Source: Eubacteriales bacterium
GTDB lineage: Bacteria > Bacillota > Clostridia > Oscillospirales > CAG-272
Length of the DNA: 64,000 nucleotides
NCBI GenBank assembly: GCA_045132775.1
Contig: JBGUSX010000141.1
Coordinates: forward strand, 543 to 64,542
Reading direction: 5' to 3'
The translations under genes and the position numbers were made by a program. Below are positions 19,601-27,700 of the stretch, one piece after another (the stretch's first letter is position 1; every line of letters starts with the position of its first letter). Below the pieces are notes generated by a model that ran no database searches, was not told the origin of the DNA, and saw nothing but the letters and a program-made list of their open reading frames with translations.

Positions 19601-19667
19601 ACGATGCGGATAAGGTCGCCGACGTGATCCTTGATGAAAAGAAGGATATTCTCGCGGGACTTGACAA
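16626..19667 (-). CDS. Large lipoprotein: P/T/E-rich linker, CarboxypepD_reg-like domain, TlpA-like thioredoxin domain (CSPC), and two copies of an uncharacterised C-terminal domain
   Basis: Lipobox LLVSAFAAC and a redoxin motif VLINFWFSTCSPCISEFPYL. DGYYH-containing domains occur twice. The only in-frame start upstream of the signal peptide is a TTG at 19667, so the start is uncertain. Confidence 0.7.
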   Translation of the reverse strand: MSSPARISFFSSRITSATLSASSLKKLTALLLTVLLLVSAFAACDIDAGEGSTESGSESQKTDSTSTESSKPTDAPSSAPTNEPSDEPTFAPTDEPSDEPTSAPTDAPTSAPTEDESEDQTEDPNKAEGEYTISVKTIGGRPIPNLTLFIYVDDDLKSYAQTDENGVATVQLEKADNYTVELPKNSLEGYIVEDRYALDSSNVEIVLTSSVIPDSNLTGVSYKAGDIMHDFTVTLTDGSTLTLSEVLKEKKGVLINFWFSTCSPCISEFPYLVSAYEKYKDDIEVIALNNYPTDNDMSVKAFKDSMGLTFPVAKDYSRLGQALGVNAYPTSIFIDRYGVICLIEAGAIPSEKPFVSAFKHFSAEDYEQKLFTSLEELVPTETPNVEMPSSDKIGAAINGSGFSAEYYPEKNSEDAELSWPFLIGEKDGKPCIFPANSEIDSSFATIHLDVELKKGEALAIDWFSDTELAVDILYILVNGKDIYKISGVSESWSTCYPYVAVEDGTYKISLVYLKDDTTNTGTDKVYLRNIRKVSADKIDSATYIPRQAATNKNPNGLGYQNYITPVYNEKDGYYHVGDANGPLILVDLMGSTQLSEESLNILGYNGSLVYNGEDLYVKLVDYCNYAINGTMYGFSPVTEELKDILEKSAELVGYETENPLQWLQACVYYDAYGTNEQLGDPVKGVAFFAAFDTLVSTDTEEKLNTVTYDGRVIMPRGLKYKFVPEKSGVYIIRSNSEDEVNGWLFNDACELIYTAETTDRPYTGVALDTTNVTMVHYFEAGKTYYIDIAYYDIYAAGSFTFTVKYIAESYDHFKVASPGYFTFEESAGGGMNETIAGGIDVALGDDGYYHELRADGTLGSIVYADFKFPTSIISHSILEMIDLGGFNFSLDEYDHLVLGKLKELGGDVDACREYYKQVFGDEYEYWAEEYKLEEVLAGKYHGEGKDLTEAVKAYVEKMIPASEDAPELEGCVAVDENLATILQALMDKYSFKNVKNSWTKLCYYYDTLNSTYN
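19351..19433 (-). repeat. Coding tandem 36-nt repeat (EPSDEPT(S/F)APTD units)
   Basis: Two full units plus a partial one, read directly. Its antisense strand is stop-free, which creates the false N-terminal extension of ORF 19330..26532. Confidence 0.75.
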
Positions 19668-22600
19668 GTTGGGCGTTGATTATTCTCTCGGCGCGGATTA
19701 CAAGGCGATATTCGGCGGCTTTGAGCTCGAGATCACCGCGCGTGACTTCGAGGCGCTCTGCAAGTCGGTAGGCGACCGCGCGACAGTCATCGTAGGAGAC
19801 AAGTATCTGCCCGCCGAGACTCAGCTCGTTGAAAACTCGGTCAACGTTTACAGTACGGGTATTTTCGACAGCTCCTCCTTCGGCTACAGCGGAGAGGGAA
19901 TGGTCATTGCCGTGCTCGATACCGGTCTTGACTATAACCACAGTGCGTTTTCAGTTGGCAACTTTACTGCTGACAGAAATAAGCTTGGTCTTAAGTTCTC
20001 GGATATTGACGGCTTTATCCGAGATACCGAGGCGATGAGACTCCATGCGGGTCTTACCGCGTCCGACGTATATCTTAACGAGAAGGTTCCTTTTGCGTTT
20101 GACTATGCGGACGGAGACCCCGACGTTTATCCCATGACACCAAGTGCCGCAGAGCACGGAACTCACGTAGCGGGTGTTATCGCAGGTAAAGACAGTGAGA
20201 TCACCGGTGTTGCTCCCAACGCACAGCTTGCTATAATGAAGATATTTTCCGACGTGGAGGGAAGTGCACGCTCGTCCTGGATACTCAGTGCTCTTGAGGA
20301 CTGCGTAACGGTAGGCGTTGACGTTATCAATATGTCTATCGGTACGAGCTGCGGATTCAGCCGCGAGATGGACAGAGAAGCTATCACGGGTGTTTACGAC
20401 CGCATAAGAGCTACGGGAATCAGTATGGTGGTCGCGGCATCCAACAGCTTCAATTCTACATACGGCTCCGAGAAGAACGGTAACCTCGGACTTACCTCCA
20501 ACCCCGACAGTGCGACCGTCGGCTCGCCTTCTACATACGAGGGAGCAATGTCCGTCGCATCTATCAGCGGAACCAAGACTCCTTACCTTTTATACAACGA
20601 TACAATAATTTACTTCACCGAATCGACAGACCGCGTTGCAGAGGAAAAGAGCTTCTACGACGATATTCTTAAGAAGGGTCAGAGTGAGCTTGAGATCGAA
20701 TACGTGACTATCCCCGGTGCGGGAAGAGGTGCGGACTACTCGGGACTTGACGTCACGGGAAAGATCGTTCTCGTTCGCCGCGGTGCTACTACCTTTGAGG
20801 AAAAGGCGAACGTTGCACAGAGCAAGGGCGCTGTCGGTATCATTATTTATAACAACGTTTCGGGTGATATCAAGATGAACGTCGGAGAGGCGACTCTCGG
20901 TGCTGCATCTATAAGCCAGGACGACGGAGAAATGCTCGCGGCGGCGGGAAGCGGTACTCTTAAGCTGAGTCGCTCGCAGACCTCGGGACCCTTTATGTCA
21001 GACTTCTCATCCTGGGGACCTACTCCCGATCTTGGGATCAAGCCCGAGATCACCGCTCACGGCGGAATGATCTATTCTGCAGTGCCCGGACAGAGCTATG
21101 ACCGTCAGTCAGGTACTAGTATGGCTTGCCCCAACATCGCGGGTGTTACCGCACTTATCCGTCAGTACGTTATCGAGAATTTCCCCGAGATCGCAAACGA
21201 CAGGGTAAAGGTCGCGGCTCTTGTAAATCAGCTTATGATGTCAACTGCTGACATCGTTTATAACACGAACGGTCTCCCCTATGCCGTCAGAAAGCAGGGA
21301 GCGGGACTTGCGAACCTTGATAAAGTCGGAAAAACGACTGCATACATTATTACATACCGCGACGGCGAGGAGATGGACAAGTCAAAGCTAGAGCTTGGCG
21401 ACGATCCTTCAAAGAGCGGTGTATATACACTCAGCTTCTCGGTCAAGAACTTTGGAAAGACCTCGCTTTCCTACGACGTGTCGGCTCACGTTATGACCGA
21501 GGGTGTCAGCGAGACAAAGACCCAGCAGGGTGAGACGACGGTTGACGAGCTCGGATATATCCTCGGCGGTGCTAATGTCGAGATCGTTTCGGTCAACGGC
21601 GGAACGCAGAACGGAATGAACGTTACTGTCTCTGCAGGACAGACCGCTGACGTGACTGTAAAGATCACTCTCTCCGACGAGGATAAGAAGTATCTTGACG
21701 AGTCCTTTGAGAACGGCATGTACGTTGAGGGCTTTGTTATGCTCGATGCGGCTGATGATAAGACCGTTGACCTCAACGTTCCTTACCTTGCATTCTATGG
21801 CGACTGGACGGTTGCACCTCTGTTCGACCTTGATTACTTTGCTACAAACAAGGATGAGCTTGACGATTCGATCGATCTGCTTGACAAGACTCTTCCCGAT
21901 GCCTACGCTACTCGCCCCATCGGAAGCGTGCAGAGCGATTACGTGAGCTATATGGGTTCGTTCTATTTTGTTCAGGATCCCTCCGCTACAAAGATAGCTG
22001 CGGACAGAAAGTATATTTCACTTTCAAACCAGGAGGGCTCGGTGCACGAGCTCAGTAACGTCTGGGCGGGACTTTTACGTAATGCCGCGAAGATAGTTAT
22101 CACTATCACCGACGACGCTACGGGTGAGGTCGTGTTCGAGAAGGTCGAGAACGACGTGCGCAAGTCCTACGGCGACGGCGGCTCGATCTATCCCGCGGAC
22201 ATCAAGATAGGATTTGATGCTTACGAGGAAAATCTTAAGAATAACTCAAGATACACCGTGAAAATTCAGGGATATCTCGATTACGGTGACGGCGGATCGG
22301 AGACGAATCTGAACAATACGTTCGAGTTTCCGATAGTTACCGACTTTGAGGCTCCCGCAGTCACGGGATGCGAATTTTACACCGAATACGACCGCGACGC
22401 AGAAAAGACAAGACTATTTGCAAAGATAGCTGTTTACGATAACCACTATTCGATGGCGCTCCAGGTCGGATACGTCCGTCGGGACGGAGAGGGTTCGTAT
22501 ATTCTCGACACCTTCGATCAGTATCTTACCTCTGTGTATTCCGAGGAGAATTCAACGACATACGTTGTCTATGAGCTGACCGATTACGTTGACGACATAA

Positions 22601-25600
22601 GAAGGGGAGCGGTGAACAAGAACAGCTTTACCGTTGCGACATACGACTACGCGCTCAACACCGCGACGTATGAGATCCGGCTTCCCGACGATTTCGACGC
22701 CTTCTACTTTGAAGAGGAGAGCCTTGAGCTCTCGCCAAACCAGGTATATACTCTCAAGCCTCTTGCCACCCCGGGCACAGAGTGGACAGAGCTTCTTGAA
22801 TACGTTTCAACCAATACCGAGGTCGCTCACGTGATTAACAACAAGCTTGTCGCAAAGGCACCCGGTCAGACGGTGATCATTGCAAGAGATCCCGTTACAA
22901 ATAAGCGAACGATGCTTGACGTTACGGTTCTCGGAGAAGAGGACGACGGATACGTCAAGTACGATAAGCCCGTGACAGACAATTTCGTTCTTACGGGTTA
23001 TCTCACGAACAAGGCTTACTACTTCCTTTCAACTGATGAAAGAGAGATAGGAAGCACGGGCGACGAGATGAAGTTCGTCGGCTCTCTTTACTCGCTTTCA
23101 ATGTATCCCTCCGAGGCGGTCACACTGAGATATAAGCTCGACGCTTATTTCCCCGAGGACACCGAGGTGGTCTGCTCTTCAAGTAACGACGAGCTCGTCA
23201 AGGTCGAAGAGGTGAGAGGCGAATGGATGATCACTGCGCAGGCGGAGGGCTTTGCTTCTGTTTCTGTCGACGTGCTTATGGACGGTAAGAGCACCTACTA
23301 TTCGCAGTCGATCAGCATTGAGATAAAGGATCCTTACATTACGACGGGACCGTCACTTACTCACTATTTCGGTCTTGGCGGTAAGGTAGAGATCCCCGAT
23401 ACGCTTGCAATAACAGATATAGGACAGTTTGCTTTCTCGAACTTCGACTACGTGCCGAAGGGCGAGGGCGACGAGATATCCGAGGACGATCCCACGACTA
23501 CGAAGCAGTGGTTCCTTGGAGACGATACCATTACCGAGGTCGTTATTCCCGAGGGAGTAAAGACGATAGGCTCTTACGCATTTGCAAATCTTACGGCTCT
23601 TACAAAGGTAGTTCTTCCTTCAACGCTTGAGAGGATCGATTTCGGCGCGTTCATCGGCTGCACCTCTCTCGTTGAGGTCGAGGGAATAGAGAACGTCAAA
23701 TTTATCAACCGCTCGGCGTTTGAGGGCTGTGCGCTGAAAAACAAGGTCGATCTTAAGAGTGCGGTCGCGATCGCTGACAGAGCGTTTGCGGGCAATACGG
23801 GACTTGTCGAGGTGGTTCTCGGTGAGGGCGTTCAGTCTGTAGGTGCTTACGCGTTTGCCGGTGATACCGCGCTTAAGGTGGTTACCATCAATGCCGAGAT
23901 GATAAAGCTTGGCAGATACGCATTCGACGGATGCGAGTCTTTTGAAAAGATAGATATCAATGCGGCGGTAATTCCCACTGCGGCATTCAACGAGTGCAAG
24001 TCGCTTAAGACCGTTAAGCTTGGAGCGGCAGTAGCGGTAATTTCCGAGTACGCGTTCAGTAACGCGGCGGCTACCGAATTTATAGTTGATGAAAATAACA
24101 GCGTGTTCGCTTCGTCGGAAAACGGCGAATATCTTACAAACAAAGAGGGAACAGAGATCCTGCTCTTAGCTCCCGGTATCAAGGGCGACGTTGTGATCAC
24201 GGATGAGAAGATCACATCCGTCGGAAGCGGTGCGTTCTCCGGAAACGCGAATATCACGTCGGTAAGTATTCCGAGCGTTACCAAGGTTTCGGATTATGCG
24301 TTTGCTTACAGCGAGAATCTTGAAAAGATCGATCTCGGTGCGCTCACAGAGATCGGAGATTACGCGTTCTACAGAACAAAGGTAAGCGAGGTTCCTTCGC
24401 TTGACGGTGTGTCGAGAATAGGAAGCTATGCGTTTGCATACACATCCGTTACTTCTCTTGATGTTCCTGCGGGTGTGACAGTCGGCGAGGGCGCATTCAG
24501 AGAGTGCAAGGCTCTGGCAACTGTAACGATCGGCGACGGAGCGGTCATAGGAAAGGATGCATTCAGGCTTGACAGAGAGACAAACTTCACAAGCGAGCCC
24601 GGAAGCTACCGCGACGAGTCGAACAGACTTGTTTACTATTACATCTATACATCTCCCTTGCACAGTCTTACGATCGGTGACAACGTAACGGTCGGTGACG
24701 CTGCGTTCATGGGTGCGGCGGAGCTTGAGTCGGTCACGCTCGGTAAGGGAACGAAATTAGGAAAAGAAGCATTCTACAATGCGGTTTCCTTGAAGAATAT
24801 CGACTTTACAAAGATCGTCGAGATCGGTGCGGGTGCGTTCTCGGGTGACGTTCTTTACGAATTCTCGGATCAGAGCATGAGTGAGCCGAGAATAGACGCG
24901 AACCGCGAATATACGTACAAATATTACGCGCCTGCATTTACTATGATCGATCTTTCAAAGGTAGAATCGATCGGCGAGGATGCGTTTGCATACTGCCGCG
25001 AGCTTGTTTCGGTCAAGCTTGGCAAAAATATTACTTCTATACCTGCAAGAGCGTTCAATCTTTGCGTTAAGCTTACATATATCGATCTCTCCGGAGTCAA
25101 GGAGATAGGCGAAAACGCATTCTGCGAGACCGCCTTGAAGTCTGCAGATCTTTCAAGTGCAAAGAAGATCGATAAGTTTGCATTTGTTTACAACGCAAGG
25201 CTTGACTCTGTAACGCTTGCAAAGGGTGCTGTGCTCGGTGAGGGTGCATTCTCTTACTGCGATACGCTCTCAAAGGTCAATGGAAGTGAGGGCATCAAGG
25301 AGATAGGCGATTACGCGTTTGCTTACAGTGCAATAACAAATATTGATATTTCGGGTGCCGAGAGCGTTGGCGATCACGCATTCCTTAAGGAGAAGCTGAC
25401 CGACTTCTCAGTGGTTCTCGGAGAGAAGCTTACAAGCCTTGGCGAAGATCCCTTTGCGCTTTGCAAGCTTGATAAGTTTGAGAAGATAAACAAAGAGGAA
25501 TTTGACGGCAAGGAATTTGACAGACCTACCTCCACTTACGATATAAGCGAGACGGTAAAGGTAATCGACGGAAACCTTTATAAGGTCGTAAACAACGGAT

Positions 25601-26532
25601 TGGTATTTGTTTCTTATGCCGGAGAGGGTGACTCGGTCACCGTGGCAGAGGGAACGGTTCGCATCTCTGCACAGGCATTTGCACAGTCGAACGTTAAGTA
25701 CGTTACACTGCCTTCAACTCTCAAATCGATAGGACATAAGGCGTTCTACGGATGCGACAAGCTTGTGGCGGTAACATTTACAAGCTACGCGGCTCCCGTT
25801 CTTGAGGAGGAATACGATTACAGCTACTGGCTCTCTGCGGAGAATCTTCCCGCAACGGGTAAGTATCAGTATCAGGATGCCTTTACGGGTGAGATCGTTT
25901 ATTACGACGGACTTGGTATCGTTCCTTACTTTATGTGGAACGCGACCGATACTCCTGCGGTCATATACTTCGGTGCAACCTTTGCTGATTACGTCGGACA
26001 CGTAGACCATAGCATCGCGATGGTGAAGCCCGTAAACGGTGTCGGCTACGACTCTTTTATCTTCGATAAATACTTCAGTGTTGATATTGAGGGTGCGGCT
26101 GCGGCAGATCAGACGACGCTTGATGCGATCACCGCGATCGATTCGCTCCCCGATGAGATCAAGCTTGCTGACAAGGCGCTTGTCGAAGCGGCAAGAGCAG
26201 CTTACGACAAGATCTCATCCTACACGCAGAGAGCTCTCGTTACAAATTACGACAAGCTCGTTGCGGCAGAGCAGAGAATAAGCGACCTTGAATATATAGC
26301 GAACGGAGATGCGGAGACAGAGGCACCGACCGATGCTCCCGGAACCGCAGAACCCGGCAAGAACGAGGTTGATCTTCTTGTTATCATCCTTTCTGTCGCT
26401 TCGGGTTGCTTGCTTATAGCCTTCGTTGCAGTTGTGATCATCTGCGCGGTAATGAAGAAGAAAATGAAGCTTTTGAAAAAGGCGGATGAGGAGACCGTTC
26501 CCGAAAAAAGCGCAGGAAAATTCCGACAATAG
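19624..26532 (+). CDS. Giant S8 (subtilisin-family) serine peptidase with PA-domain insert, Ig-like domains, about 900 aa of BspA-type leucine-rich repeats and a C-terminal TM anchor; 5' end unresolved
   Basis: Catalytic triad contexts VLDTGLD, HGTHVAG and SGTSMACP. PA-like segment IVLVRRGATTFEEKANVAQSKGAVGIIIYNN. LRR_5-type repeats (IGSYAFANLTALTKVVLP...). C-terminal LLVIILSVASGCLLIAFVAVVIICAV-KKK. The start is placed at the in-frame GTG 19624, but no signal peptide is encoded anywhere upstream. Confidence 0.75.
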   Translation: MILDEKKDILAGLDKLGVDYSLGADYKAIFGGFELEITARDFEALCKSVGDRATVIVGDKYLPAETQLVENSVNVYSTGIFDSSSFGYSGEGMVIAVLDTGLDYNHSAFSVGNFTADRNKLGLKFSDIDGFIRDTEAMRLHAGLTASDVYLNEKVPFAFDYADGDPDVYPMTPSAAEHGTHVAGVIAGKDSEITGVAPNAQLAIMKIFSDVEGSARSSWILSALEDCVTVGVDVINMSIGTSCGFSREMDREAITGVYDRIRATGISMVVAASNSFNSTYGSEKNGNLGLTSNPDSATVGSPSTYEGAMSVASISGTKTPYLLYNDTIIYFTESTDRVAEEKSFYDDILKKGQSELEIEYVTIPGAGRGADYSGLDVTGKIVLVRRGATTFEEKANVAQSKGAVGIIIYNNVSGDIKMNVGEATLGAASISQDDGEMLAAAGSGTLKLSRSQTSGPFMSDFSSWGPTPDLGIKPEITAHGGMIYSAVPGQSYDRQSGTSMACPNIAGVTALIRQYVIENFPEIANDRVKVAALVNQLMMSTADIVYNTNGLPYAVRKQGAGLANLDKVGKTTAYIITYRDGEEMDKSKLELGDDPSKSGVYTLSFSVKNFGKTSLSYDVSAHVMTEGVSETKTQQGETTVDELGYILGGANVEIVSVNGGTQNGMNVTVSAGQTADVTVKITLSDEDKKYLDESFENGMYVEGFVMLDAADDKTVDLNVPYLAFYGDWTVAPLFDLDYFATNKDELDDSIDLLDKTLPDAYATRPIGSVQSDYVSYMGSFYFVQDPSATKIAADRKYISLSNQEGSVHELSNVWAGLLRNAAKIVITITDDATGEVVFEKVENDVRKSYGDGGSIYPADIKIGFDAYEENLKNNSRYTVKIQGYLDYGDGGSETNLNNTFEFPIVTDFEAPAVTGCEFYTEYDRDAEKTRLFAKIAVYDNHYSMALQVGYVRRDGEGSYILDTFDQYLTSVYSEENSTTYVVYELTDYVDDIRRGAVNKNSFTVATYDYALNTATYEIRLPDDFDAFYFEEESLELSPNQVYTLKPLATPGTEWTELLEYVSTNTEVAHVINNKLVAKAPGQTVIIARDPVTNKRTMLDVTVLGEEDDGYVKYDKPVTDNFVLTGYLTNKAYYFLSTDEREIGSTGDEMKFVGSLYSLSMYPSEAVTLRYKLDAYFPEDTEVVCSSSNDELVKVEEVRGEWMITAQAEGFASVSVDVLMDGKSTYYSQSISIEIKDPYITTGPSLTHYFGLGGKVEIPDTLAITDIGQFAFSNFDYVPKGEGDEISEDDPTTTKQWFLGDDTITEVVIPEGVKTIGSYAFANLTALTKVVLPSTLERIDFGAFIGCTSLVEVEGIENVKFINRSAFEGCALKNKVDLKSAVAIADRAFAGNTGLVEVVLGEGVQSVGAYAFAGDTALKVVTINAEMIKLGRYAFDGCESFEKIDINAAVIPTAAFNECKSLKTVKLGAAVAVISEYAFSNAAATEFIVDENNSVFASSENGEYLTNKEGTEILLLAPGIKGDVVITDEKITSVGSGAFSGNANITSVSIPSVTKVSDYAFAYSENLEKIDLGALTEIGDYAFYRTKVSEVPSLDGVSRIGSYAFAYTSVTSLDVPAGVTVGEGAFRECKALATVTIGDGAVIGKDAFRLDRETNFTSEPGSYRDESNRLVYYYIYTSPLHSLTIGDNVTVGDAAFMGAAELESVTLGKGTKLGKEAFYNAVSLKNIDFTKIVEIGAGAFSGDVLYEFSDQSMSEPRIDANREYTYKYYAPAFTMIDLSKVESIGEDAFAYCRELVSVKLGKNITSIPARAFNLCVKLTYIDLSGVKEIGENAFCETALKSADLSSAKKIDKFAFVYNARLDSVTLAKGAVLGEGAFSYCDTLSKVNGSEGIKEIGDYAFAYSAITNIDISGAESVGDHAFLKEKLTDFSVVLGEKLTSLGEDPFALCKLDKFEKINKEEFDGKEFDRPTSTYDISETVKVIDGNLYKVVNNGLVFVSYAGEGDSVTVAEGTVRISAQAFAQSNVKYVTLPSTLKSIGHKAFYGCDKLVAVTFTSYAAPVLEEEYDYSYWLSAENLPATGKYQYQDAFTGEIVYYDGLGIVPYFMWNATDTPAVIYFGATFADYVGHVDHSIAMVKPVNGVGYDSFIFDKYFSVDIEGAAAADQTTLDAITAIDSLPDEIKLADKALVEAARAAYDKISSYTQRALVTNYDKLVAAEQRISDLEYIANGDAETEAPTDAPGTAEPGKNEVDLLVIILSVASGCLLIAFVAVVIICAVMKKKMKLLKKADEETVPEKSAGKFRQ

Positions 26533-26581
26533 CGAGAGGGGGAACGAGGGACAGTAAAGCTTGCTCCTCATTGGTGAAAAA

Positions 26582-27670
26582 ATGAAAAAAAGATTATTCA
26601 GTATGATTTGTGTCGCATTGCTCACAGCTTTGTCTGTGAGCCTTGCGGCATGCGGGGTCGCGGATGTTTACGGCGATCTTGAAGAGGACGGCTACTCCGT
26701 CAAGGTCAGATTTGAGCCTTGCGGAGCGGTCGTTAACGAGACACAGAATGTCACGATCGTTGAGGTCTACAACAAGGACGATACCGTGACGGTGGGAGGC
26801 AAGAGCGGGATCAAGCTTTTAGCTCCCGATGACGGGAGGCGCGGAGATGCGACCTTCAGACTTGCAATGAACGACGGTGAGAACAACTATTTCTCGCCCG
26901 GGTGGTACAGAGAGCGCACGCTCCGTGTTGACGAGAGCGGCGAGGCACTTGACGCTTACGGAATTCCTTGCTCGGTCTCGGGAAGAGAACAGGGCTACGT
27001 TTATTCGGGCAGATGGGATTTTGATAGCGACGTTGTCGATCCCGAGTCGCTTGAAAACGGAGAATTTACTCTCTATGCCGCATGGATACCGTTCTTCAGC
27101 TACGAGATATATTCTGTGGGAGATTCGGAAGATCCCGAGCTTCTCAAAACGGTAAATAAGCTCGATTTCACGTTCCCCGAGTGGAATGAGAGAACGGGAA
27201 AGGTCAAGATGAACGACATGCCGAAGGTGAACGGAAAGACCTTTTACGCGGCATATTCGGATCCCGGTTTGACACAAGAGATCACCGAGACGATCGACGG
27301 CGACGGCACTTTCGTTGATTTGGAAAAGGGAATTGCACTTGAGACGGTCGTAAAGATCTACACGACCTGGCTCGACGGAGAATACATCAAGATATTCGAT
27401 GCGGAGCAGCTCGTTGAGGAGCTTGCGGACGAGCCCGACGGAAAATTCATTCTCGGTGCGGATATCGATCTGTCCGAGGTGGATTGGAGAAGTGAGCTCT
27501 TTGATATTACGTTCGCGGGAGTGCTTCTCGGAGACGGATATTCGATATGCAATGCTCAATTTGAATCCGGAGAACCGATATGGGACGTAAAGGATATCTT
27601 CGGTGCAGTAGGCGACGGTGCGGTCATTCTTGACGTGACTATGTCCGACGTCTGTGATGAAAACGGTTAA
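26582..27670 (+). CDS. Lipoprotein with Listeria-Bacteroides (InlB B-repeat)-like segments
   Basis: ATG at 26582 (MKKRLFSMICVALLTALSVSLAACG). It contains GWY...W.FD...TLYAAW-type repeat motifs. Confidence 0.65.
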   Translation: MKKRLFSMICVALLTALSVSLAACGVADVYGDLEEDGYSVKVRFEPCGAVVNETQNVTIVEVYNKDDTVTVGGKSGIKLLAPDDGRRGDATFRLAMNDGENNYFSPGWYRERTLRVDESGEALDAYGIPCSVSGREQGYVYSGRWDFDSDVVDPESLENGEFTLYAAWIPFFSYEIYSVGDSEDPELLKTVNKLDFTFPEWNERTGKVKMNDMPKVNGKTFYAAYSDPGLTQEITETIDGDGTFVDLEKGIALETVVKIYTTWLDGEYIKIFDAEQLVEELADEPDGKFILGADIDLSEVDWRSELFDITFAGVLLGDGYSICNAQFESGEPIWDVKDIFGAVGDGAVILDVTMSDVCDENG

Positions 27671-27700
27671 ATTTTTTAAGGTACATAAATGGAGGAACTT

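Noticed and set aside
19330-19623. N-terminal 98 codons of the 2400-aa ORF (MGADVGASVGAEVGSSEGSS...)
   Set aside because: This is the stop-free antisense strand of the P/T/E-rich repeat of the minus-strand lipoprotein. It has low-complexity G/S/V composition and no signal peptide or homology. The recognisable S8 propeptide sequence only begins near 19600.
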